Both the position numbers and the translations under genes were made by a program. From Lophium mytilinum (taxonomy: Eukaryota): a stretch of DNA of 64,000 nucleotides. Each line of letters starts with the position of its first letter. The first letter of the stretch is position 1. The notes below the pieces were generated by a model, which saw only the letters and a program-made list of their open reading frames with translations, ran no database searches and was not told the DNA's origin. The DNA is taken from positions 124,001-188,000 of the forward strand of contig MU004197.1 in assembly GCA_010093605.1 (NCBI GenBank), read 5' to 3'. This document shows, in pieces, positions 37,601 through 48,325 of the stretch.

Positions 37601-40600
37601 GTCAACGGCCCAGCTGCATCATCTTCCGCAGTCGTGAGAATAGCTGGGGTCGGTCTTGCAACACCAGCTCCAGGTTGACTAATGAACCTAGACAGATCGA
37701 TATGACCTCTGTCGTCGTTGGAAGTAGTGACAGACACGGATTGTAGTCGAGACAACACCGAATCAACAGTCTCATCAGATTCCGAACTAACGACCCCCGC
37801 GCCGCCTTGACCAGCCTCATCTTCGTCGTCGTCCTCGCTGTCTGATTCTGACTCGTCTTCCTCACGACTGGATTCTCGCCATTGATTGTCGCCAGAAGTC
37901 GATCTAGGCGGCTTGAAGTCTTGATTTGCGGCGGTCCCGTTGTCAGTTTGAGGGCGATCATGACCTGCTGAGGTCCTACTGTCAGCGTTATCGTCTGACG
38001 CCTGTTGATCATCGTCAACAGCGGTATCAGATGCGCGATCTTGAACAGTGTCTTGGGTGGCAGAATCTGGTCTATTCGGCGAAGATCCTGGAAGCGCAGA
38101 GGTATCCAGCGTCGCTCCTGTAGCATGAGGCGGAGAACCAGATGAGATAGGTGTGACTGTCTCCAAAGGCACTACCACAGTTTCAGAAGCGATACATTCC
38201 TCACGCTTATTAGCACGAGCGTTTTCCTCCATAGCTTGATGCACCTCCTCGCACTCATAGCAGACCGGCTGGCCGTCGAAAATCTTGGTGGATTGCGTAG
38301 CCTTAAACCTCCCGCCATGAAGGAAACAGGTGACTACCCGACCGTTTAGCCATGAGGATGAGGGACTCCCAGTTTTAGTGAGGGTATATATGGTTGGACG
38401 GTATACTGGTGGAGATGGAGGTGGAGGTGGAGGGGGTGTGCGAGGACGAGGACCCTCCTGCTCAAGGACCAGTTCCTCGGACGCCCTGCCCTTCCCCTTC
38501 CCCTTGTATCTTGGCCTAGAGTCATAATCTGGTTCATCTGTAACCCCTTCCGAACTATCTTTCTCATTGTCCTGAGTGTCCCGGGACTCAGAAGGAGCGT
38601 AGTTTGCAGCATCTGCTTCAGCTGCAAATGTATCAGTTTGAACAGTTTGATCTTGTGCATATGAGGTATTCTGGTCTTGATCAGGGAGATTATCAGGACT
38701 AGAGGGAGGCGCGCATTCCTTATCCTGAGGTGGAAGCTTGTATGAACCAGGAGGTGGCGTACAATCCCGATCCATCTTTGGCGGAGTCGATGTGGAGGGG
38801 GGCAAAACTGAACTAGGCGATGAAGAAGAAGTAGTAGGAGTAGTCGGCACCGCTTGGGCAACGTTGAACCTAGCCAACGCTTGAGCGATCTGTTTTTTGA
38901 TATCTTTTTCCATAGCTTCTTGCAAAGCCGCAAAGCGCTCTTCAATTTCCCGGTCTTTCTGAGCCTGTTCGGTCCTAAGTCTTGCCAGTTCTTCAGCATG
39001 GTCTTTTACTTGCTGGTCACGGTCCGCCTCGAGCGCAGCGACTATTTTCGTCAACGCCATGATCCGACGTGCTTGGGCCTTTATATTGCCATCTAAGCCA
39101 AGGGCAGTCGACAGTGATGAAGCTCGATCTTGTGCAGCTTGCTTCTTGTGCGCTTCGTAGTTTTCCTCGAGGAGACTGAGGGACTTATCGAGGGAGTCGA
39201 CCTCGGTTTTGCTAGCCCTCTTGTTGAGTGCGACCTGCACTCTGTCGCGCAGCTTGTTCAGTTGTGCTTTCCAATCGTCCACACTTGCTGACGATACATC
39301 CCGTGATGTCGAAGGCCCAGCTTCGGCGGATTGATGACTAGTCTTCCGCATCGTCTCGAACTCTTGCTGTAGTGTGGCTATCGCGGCTTCCAGATCGTGA
39401 AGTTTCCGGGAGTACTCTTCTGGTGAGGCGGAGCGGGAGTGAACCTTCAAGAAGCGCGCTTTCGATCGATCTGACACACTGACTGATCTCCGGCCTCCGA
39501 ACGTAGTGCGCGCGAATCTGTTCTGTCGCGTTGTTTCTTCATCCAGGCCAGCCGTGTCGAAGTCGTGCTGTGTCGCACGTCTCGCGGGACGCTGCGCAAC
39601 AAAGCTGTCAATGAGGTCCCAGAGACGCTCTTGGTATTGCTGACTGTCGAGCAACATGGCAAGAAGCGCGAAAATAATCCTCAATGGGTCAGGCGTTGGC
39701 TTGGTGGGGCGCCAAAGGACGACTGCGTTATGAATGGAGGGGGTGGCCACGGGTGTATGCGCTGGGGGAGCAGGCGAGCCAGGAGGGCCTGGTGGACCTG
39801 GAGGACCTCGCGGGCCGGGGGGTCCTTGTGGGCCAGGAGGTGACGGTGGCGCTGGAGGTGGAGGAGGTAGCCCAGGTGGCCCTGGTGGGCTAGGTGGAGG
39901 AGGTGGAGGAGGCGGAGGAGGCGGAGGAGGCGGATGACCACCATTGTTGTTGTTTGGAGGGGGTGCTAGGGCATTCGGTGGAAGAGCTTGCCTACGGCGC
40001 ACGAGTAACCAGCGGATGAGATTGCGACAGAATTTCAAGATCAAGTATAAGCCATAGAAGGCCAAGGACCAGACAACCACGCTGAACAGTAGTTGTAGTG
40101 GTGTGAGGTTGTATTCCACATCTGGCATGAAGCGGCGAGCGGTATAGCGAGGTTTCGTCGCATTGATGCGTAAGGTGGCTAGAAGGAGTCGTATTAGCAG
40201 GAGAATACCTTGAACAAGTTATAGAACTTACGGATATCGAAGAACTTTGAATTTTCGAAACCGCCAACCAAATGTTCACCAGTGGAGACAGGGACGTCTT
40301 CAAACTCGAAGGGATTGGCTTCCACTGTCGCTGTCTCTATGATCTTCGTGGTGACGCTTGTCAAGGGAGGAGGAGTTGCAGTTGAGATGAAGGCTCGCTT
40401 TGTCGTGATCGGGAACGCCCTAACGCATGTCGTGTCGCCCTTTGAGCAGGGAAGATTGACCGTAGGTTTATATTTGCGGGTCTCCCAAGGACGGCCGGTG
40501 TTGATCCAGAGACGCAGAGCCTTCTCTACAGTCATGTATACATATACCGTTGCTCTGACCTCCTTGTCCCAAATGATGTACATGGCGCGATCAAACGCCA

Positions 40601-40640
40601 TGAGCCAGCTCAGGGGGGTATACGCTCCGAGAGCAGACAT
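34660..40640 (-). CDS. G7: array-family protein, ~1975 aa (TM, poly-Pro/GPP tract, RATQ motif, coiled coil, CxxH..CxxC, Nup50-like motif, one KIX-like repeat)
   Basis: CCACCATG at 40640. Exon to 40232 and intron 40231-40179 (GTAAGT..GCTAAT..TAG) join in frame (DI|PTLR) to the 1822-aa ORF. Confidence 0.85.
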
Positions 40641-41379
40641 GGTGGAGACTTGAACGAACAGGCTCGTCGTCGGGATTGTGTACAGAATGCGCGGACCAGG
40701 CGCAGAGAGAGGTCTCCAATAGATACCAAGAATGTGCACATAGGCCGCAGTGGAATTTGCGGTGTGGTGTGGTGGGGATTGTAGGGTGGTATCGAAGGAG
40801 GTGGGTGGTGGAGAAAGTAAGTCTGGGAAGTGCGAGGGCCTTGTTATGGATTAGCAGCCGGGCACAGGCACATCGAAACGACGCTAAGAGCTAAGCAGTG
40901 AATATAAACCTACTGCAGGGTCTCGAAAATGACGTCAAAGACGAAAGGGGCGTCATGTAAACAAAAGCACGGAAGCTCGGGGAGCGCGCTAAAGATCTAA
41001 TCAATTCACTGAGATGTTCAGGCACAATACTGAGCCATCAAATTAGGGCCCCGGATATACCACCGCTCCAAATACGATCTTGATCACTCGATACTACTGT
41101 GAGGAGGACCCTGTGTAGTCCGTTTGAGCTACGTCAAAAGGTAGGCTATTCAGCGCTCATGCACATACGAAGACTGGCCACATGCTCCCCCGCCCAATCT
41201 TGATAGTGGGTAGCTACAGCTGAGGTTTTCTCTCCGTGAATTGGTCCCTAAGACTAGACCTCTAGATAACCTTTTCAACGTCCTTAGACATTATACAACA
41301 CTATGATATATTTTGTCTACTTCCTACAGCCTCCTGAAGGACCTCCATAGACGCTGAAATTTTCGAATTACATATCAAA

Positions 41380-41960
41380 GCCAGCGCACTGTAAATTAGA
41401 GTACTATTTACTTGACTAAAAGTATGTTACTTGGGGTCCCCTGGACAGTGGTATGATGAGAGCAGAAGTGAAGTTAAAGCAATGGCATACCGGACCGTCT
41501 GAGCTTTTGACCTAGTACTGAGTGCTATGGGACATGTGTGGGCATTCCGCGCATACGCTTGGGGTATCTTGATAGGCTTTCGAAACTCTGAGTATGACAG
41601 CGATGCATCGTGAACATGGCTGCCGTTTGACTAACCAAAGACTTGCCGCTTGGGGTACTCCTTACATTGGCGTTAAGTGATCAATATTAATTTTAAAGTA
41701 GTGGAACATCAGTCTTCCTAATACTTCAACCTATTACCAGAGTATCTCTTGATATATTAAATCCCTTATACTGTATATATAAAATAGAGTAAAGTATTTC
41801 TAGACACCCCACGCATCTACTGGGGGTATCCCGATAGAGTTCTTGATCTCTATAAACGATGCATAGCTTGATGTACTGGATTTCTAGCTGCCATTTGACT
41901 AACTATAGACACGCTTACCGGGGTCCTCCTTACAGCGGCGCAACACGAGCACATAGTAGA
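41380..41960 (-). repeat. Degenerate copies of the ~163-bp repeat family
   Basis: GGGGTMCYCCT..ACAKTGG-type cores near 41433, 41652 and 41920. Further single copies near 10745, 33745, 47509 and 57755. Confidence 0.6.
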
Positions 41961-42184
41961 TTTTATGTCACCGATTTTGGTATCACTCCAATGGTCACAG
42001 ATGTCAAAGTACCATCAGTGTTTAGTTATTTTTATATTTTTTTGTAGTTTCAATCTTTTCTCCTGATGCGCATCACCCCAAGCACCCAATCCCCATATAA
42101 CAAAAGAAACAAGGCCGTAAAATCCACCACACACACAGAGAGAAACCTGCCCGCCGACGCCCCTACACAGGAAAACTGATAGAC

Positions 42185-42392
42185 AAACCCCAACACCATC
42201 TAGCCAGAGTGTCCAGACTACACGGTGCCTTCTTCTCCAGGGGGGATCGCAAGCCTGTGATCACACCTCCGTAAAGCGTCAGAGCACCAAGTTTCCTCCC
42301 CCTTGGACGGGTGAGGCAGATGCCTGTCAAACCGACCCAAGCAAGATTCTGCTGGACGAATGACGAGAACTGGCTAGACGTGCTGGGGTTTG
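42185..42392 (-). promoter_or_regulatory. Class B structured 3'-UTR RNA element of G8
   Basis: Closing stem AAACCCCAGCAC-GUCUAGCCAG / CUGGCUAGAU-GGUGUUGGGGUUU, stem GUCCAG/CUGGAC (covaries with GUCCGG/CCGGAC), two GC hairpin arms. A-rich linker at 42393-42455. Confidence 0.75.
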
Positions 42393-42507
42393 TTAGTTTT
42401 CTTTTTCTTCTTTTCTTTCTAATTTTCAGTTTTCTTCTTTTTTTTGGTTTGTTTGAAGGTTGCATCTTCGGGCTCCGCACTCCCCTATCCTCACTACCCT
42501 CGTCCCA

Positions 42508-45500
42508 TTACTCGCAGTTCTTAATGGTGTTTGCCCACTCTGTTTCATTGCCCGTCTCGATCCCAGTCACTTCCAGTTTCAATTGCCACTCATACGACTC
42601 TAGAGGAGTCGTGTTCCCCGTGGACGCCTCGTCGAGTGCTTCAATGGCCACGTCCTCCTCCCGAACCATAGCGAGCATCTGGAGCGCCCGCATGGTCTTG
42701 CGCGTGCGGTACCTCTTGTTCGTCTCCAGCAACACCTTCAAGATCTTCTTTAGACCATCGACGCGCAGTTGTTTATGGTTGCCGTAGAACTCGTCGGCGG
42801 AGCGGGGCACAAAGGGAACCTGTGGGCGGTCGTCGCGCTTGCGGAGCTTCGGGGCTCGTGTGGGACGTGTTGCTAACTGCTCTTGCGTCGCGGGGGTGGG
42901 GGTATTGTCCATAGAAGCAGACTGGCCAGGTGCTGGAATAGCTGAGGAAGAATCACCGACTGGAGACGATGTGATTTTTGGCACCGGTAGAATTGGTGTT
43001 AATGGCTCATATGTGCCCAACGAAGAGTCGGGGTCGAAGTGAGGAAGCGTATCCCACATATCGCTCTCTGGCACAGTCGTCGCATTGGATGCCGGATATG
43101 TAAGCTGAGGCGCTGCACTAGAGTCAGATGGCCAGGTGAAAGTGGACGAGAACGGTGTTGGATCCGCGCTGCCAGACCAGGAGCCTCCTCCATCAATTGG
43201 CGGTGGTGGCGCATAGAGGTCCCAGTTGTTGTCGCTAGGATTCACTGGATCGAACCCGGTTGGCTTGGAAGATTGATCAAGGGGCGTGTTCGGCACTGAC
43301 GCGTGGGAGTCAAAGTCGTTGGAACTGCCGGAACGATGGCTCTTATCAACCGCACCGTTGCCAAACGGGGACATGTAAGCAGACCAAACGCTTCTTGGAT
43401 TCGCGTTGCCCAACGCGGAACTTCCTCCTGCAAAGAGGCTCCGCTCCCACTCGTCGTCGTCGGGATCCACGGGATCGAACCCGGTTGGCTCGGAAGGTTG
43501 ATCAATGGGCGTGTTCGGCACTGACGCGTGGGAGTCAAAGTCGTTGGAACTGCCGGAAGAATTGCTCGTAGCAGGGGATCTGTTCATGTAGGGGCTGTTT
43601 TGCACCTCCTCTGCCGATAGAGGTTGCATAAGGCGCGCATCTAGCGCTGGTGGATCTGGCGCTGGCGGCCCTGACGCTGGCGGATGTGGCGCTGCTGGAC
43701 CTGACAACCCTTCCAATGGATTGGCGAAGGGTTTCTCCACATCAACCATTTCGTCAGTGTCATCGTGGCTATTCGATGGTTCACTCATCCGAGGCTCTTG
43801 ACGCCATGGTTCCTGACGCCATGGTTGTGGTCCCAAAACCGGTGCCGAACCCACCTGACCGGGAGGTTGGGTATAGCCATTGTCTGGCGCCTGCGTGTGG
43901 ATAATATCTTCATGGAGATTGACGAAGGGCACGCTCACGTCAACCATCTCATCGTACAGCTCGAATGCTAGTGCCTGTTCTTCTCGATGGACGAGGACGC
44001 GGAGACGAGAGGTCCATGCCGAGCGGATATCTTGACCGTTGACATATAGAAACAAGATGTTGGCGTTAAACTCCTTACTCTTTCGGACCCTGAAGCCATA
44101 AAGATCTGGGCCTAGCACCCTCAGAGGCCTCTTCCGATCGCGACCCCGTTGGAGCCAATGTAGGGTACCAGAAGTAGTAGAAGGATCAACTAGTTCTCCT
44201 GCTCCGGGTATGAAAGTTGGCACAGATGCGAAGATGGGCGTGGGTGCGCTGAAGATTGGACCGATCGGCTGAAGCTGCTGACGACCTGCTGGGTTTACTG
44301 GGGCTTCCTCGGGGACCGCAGAACGCTTTTCAGCGGGGAATGAAATGGTGAACAGATTCCAGCCTGGAGGACGATTCTGCTCGAGAGAGGTTGATTTCGC
44401 AGGGTCAGGGACGAGGCTCGGCAAAGAAGGCTCTAGATCACACGACACATGCTCGGTCTTTGGAGACGGCGTAGCACCGTGAGAGGGACTGTGAGGGGCC
44501 TCCGGCGCATCATCTGGTGGGTCTTGACCATCCACCAGATTCAGCTCGTCTGGAATAGACGTGGTACCCGTAGAATCAATGTTGGTCGGAGGGGGCGACA
44601 GAGGAGCCACAGGAGTGGAAAACGTCTGGGTTGGAAGCACGACATCTGAAGCTACTTCCGATACATGTGATTCGACACCCTGATTCTCGGCCTGAAGCTC
44701 ATGCTCTTGCTTAGCATGATAGTGGTCCGGGACCTCTCCGCTGGAAGTATCAGGACGGAAAGCTGCAGCGATTTGTGATGCGATTTCGGACTCCGGCGCG
44801 CTGTCATCGTCGCTATAAGGTGTGGACGCGCTATCTTCCTGCTGGACGGTCTGATCCTGCTCCTCGGCGTCGCTAGTTTGCTGAGCTTCGTCATGCGCTG
44901 AGGAGGATGTCTGGTCGTCACGGTTGGGCGGCAAAGCTGTACCAAGCTCTGTCTGATTCTCAGGCTCACGGCGGTCTTGTTCGCCGCTTGCTTCGATAAC
45001 GACGTCACCCTGCTGGAGAGTTTGATCCTGCTCGTCTTCCTCGCTATCATGCTGGATCTGTGCACCGTCCGAGGGCGTTTGGGCTTGGTGATCGAGCGCC
45101 AAGGCCGTGTCAAGATCCGTCCGATTCTCAGGCTCACCACTGTTCTGTTCCCTGCTTGCTGCGATATCGACGCGGATTGTAAACTGGGTAACGCTTTCAC
45201 TTGGACATTTTACCACAGCCTGCCAAGCTTTGCGCCTATCCTCCTCCGTCCAACGCGAGCTCAAATCGGAGATAGGCCCATCGTCTTGTTCATCTTCCGA
45301 CGAAGGCTCCCATCTCGGTAAGTTTGATGGAGCTTTGGCCTTCAGGAGACCCGACTTGGGCGGACCTTCCATTCTCGGAACGTACATGCTTACAGATGCA
45401 CGCTCTTCATCGGAGAAGCGCGGTAAAGGTCCGGGAGAACTTGGACGGCGGATCAAGGTCCTTGGTACCTTGACTACTTTGCCGTGATCCATTTGAGGGA

Positions 45501-46863
45501 AGGAAGCATGATAGTCATACCACTTTTTATACGCCTTGAAGGATGGGGTTTGAAATACTGAGTCCGAAGTGATACGGGTGACAATGCCGTCGAATTTGTG
45601 CGTCTCGTTCCAGCATACATCGCTTGCTCCACCATCTTCTTCCTTTGCTTGCTTGTCGTCAGTGAGGTTTCGAACCTCATCTTGCGTGGCTCGACGCAAT
45701 GCGGACTTGTCGAAACTCAGGACTTCAAGCGCATGTATCATACGTGAACGCCAAGCGGATTCGTCGGCATCGAGATTCTGAAGATAGTGCTGTGTGCCTG
45801 GTCGCGATATCGGGGGATCTGGTATGGGAAGAGACACAGCAACCGGAGGGAGATAGACACCCGTGGGGAGATGGAGAGTAGAGCTACTGGCATAGGGAAC
45901 AGGAACCACCTGGCCACCAATTGACGTGAAAGCAAAGAGAGGGCCAGAAACCGGAGGGAGTTTCAAGCCGGTGAGCGCTGGAACTATAGTCTGAACAGGC
46001 AGCGTGTCGATCATGGGTCGGCGGAGATGGCGCAGCAAGGGCGCGATCCGGTTGTTCCAGAGAGCGCAGAGACGGCGCAGCGAGGATGCTATGATGGACT
46101 TGTACATCGCGCCGAGACGGCGCATCAAGGGCGCGATGATGTTCCTGTATAGCGCGCGGAGACCGTAGAGTACACCGAGGAGAAGGGGGATGTTGAAAAC
46201 ATATGGCGCCCACCGGTGGAATGCAATATTGTCTAGAACATTTCCAGGACCGGAATCATCGTCTCCATCGGTTGGGCCAGATGGATCATCGTCTTCCTCG
46301 GTTGGGCCAAGTGGGTCATCGGAGGTCAGAAACGTGACTAGTGGACTTGGTATTAGCAGCGATACACCACGGGAAGAGTAGCATGCATTCTTACAGTTGC
46401 TGAAAGTGGAACCATCCGCAATACCAGATTCATTTTTTGTCTCGGGCTTCGTGTAGTGAATATAGACCACTCGTTTGGGGACGTAATCAGAAAGCGCGCT
46501 GCTGCCAGACCAGTAATCTGCGCTAGAATCTCTGGAGTCGAAGTCTGGAAGGGTCAGGCGGAAGTCTGTGAGAGTGAGGCGGAAGTCTGTGTGGGTGAGG
46601 CGGAAGTCTGTGAGGGTCAGGCGGGTCGGGGCCGGATTGTAGTGCCAGACTGCCTTTCCGGTATTAACAGCTATCTGGAGGCCTGTGTCGAATGTACTGC
46701 GAACCACCTGCGAGAGCAGGAGGATGAACATATCGAACATTCCGACACCAGTAGTGAAATGCCTATAGTTTGATTAGCTTGTCTTTCCAGGTATTCAGTT
46801 GTGAGGAAGGGGGATATAGGGCGCTGAAACAATTCAATGACAGTGACGGGTTTCAACTTACAT
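42508..46863 (-). CDS. G8: array-family protein, ~1400-1418 aa (TM, RATQ motif, disordered region, one KIX-like repeat)
   Basis: 1410-aa ORF. Upstream intron 46861-46763 appears to split the start codon (AT|G). Possible stop-free 57-nt intron at 46394-46338. N-terminus NTGKAVWHYNPAP resembles G2 HAGKATIWYNPRP. Confidence 0.8.
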
Positions 46864-48058
46864 TGTGAGCGGATGTGTTCGAGCAGATTGCTGGCAAGCA
46901 GCGAAAGCAGTGTGCCTGGACCAGAGGCAGCGCGCGAAGTCCAACGACAGTGAAGGAGCCGCAAAAGTGAGGTTGTGGAACACCAAGGCAGGGCGTGGTG
47001 TGGGGTATGAGGTGGTGTGTGGAGTGTCGATGGGAGGTGGTGAGGAGGAAGGTCCGTCAAGAGCGAGGGCAACGGATTGAAATCAGCAGCGTAGGCGCTA
47101 GGCGGCGCTAAGAGCTAGAGGGCACTTTCACTAGTGAAGTGAAATGACGTAATTGTGCGAATTTGATGCGACGGGGTTTGTGTGTCAACATCGGGTATTC
47201 ACTAGTTGTGGGCCTCGCTTTGTACCGGGTCCGGGCAAATTGGTGTTGCAGAGGGAGATTTGGCGAAGAAGGGAGAAGATGCTCAAGGTCTAGCTATATA
47301 TGCATGTAGTGTCGCAGGGGTTGAAAATTAGCTATATTCATAGACTTAGAAGTCATTCAGTCCTCTTTCTACAGTACTGAGTTATATGGTTGGACAGTCC
47401 TTGCAAGTCCTAGGGTGCTCCAAAAAGCATGGAAACTTCGAAATGCCATGTGACGGCCATCCTAGTGGGAATTAGACCACCTTTTGACCAACGGAGGAAT
47501 TGCTCCTTGGGGCACACCTTACAGTAGTGTCGGGAGAGCAAGGGTGAAGCCAAAACCATGGCATATCCATGTTGCCCACATCCAAAGCTCAGTACTGTAT
47601 GCTTATCCAATGCCTTGTTTATAGATCTGGTTTAGCGCGTGTCGCTGTTGACATCTCAATACTCAGACCAAAATATATTCAGGGGGACTAGCAGGTGCTG
47701 TCGCGGCTCTCAAAAGGACTGTTTGATCAGTACGATCTATGCTTGGTTGAAATTAGTACCCATATATCACAATTCTATTCCACGTATCCAATATAGCGCA
47801 GGTAGAATGTAGCATCGCAGCCTTCAAAACACCATGGACGTAGGAGTCTTTCAAACACATATCACCAGTGTCAAATCGAAGAGTCAAAGTTTGTAAATAT
47901 GCTTCATCGGATTCCAAACAGCTATTAAACCATTCAACTGTGATTACCAACAAAAGCTCCCTACTCGCAATACACTCGCACCGTTGACTACAATAGAACA
48001 CACAAAGAAATGAAAAAGATCTAGCATTTACTCCCAACTAGACCGACCTATCTGAGCA

Positions 48059-48212
48059 GGTCTAGCACGCGACCCCGTCTATCAGGACAGAAGTCTCCCA
48101 GCCTCCGCCCCCGCCCCAAATACCTGTATAGTTCCTTTGTCGAGCACGCAGCTATTAGGCTAACGTGTGACTAGCACCATACAGGGTTGAGACGAGGGCT
48201 TGTGTGAACTGA
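48059..48212 (-). promoter_or_regulatory. Class A structured 3'-UTR RNA element of G9
   Basis: Stems GCCCUCGUCUC/GGGGCGGGGGC, CUGUAUGGU/ACUAUACAG, CACG/CGUG, AGC-CUAAUA-GCU and GUC-CUGAUA-GAC. Confidence 0.75.
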
Positions 48213-48325
48213 TGCGTCCCACGGGTGGCCAGAATCGACAGCAATGCAATCGCATTGTAAACAAAGATAGAACACACAAAGGAACAAAGAGAATAGAATC
48301 GACCTCATCCACCAGTCACGTCCTC

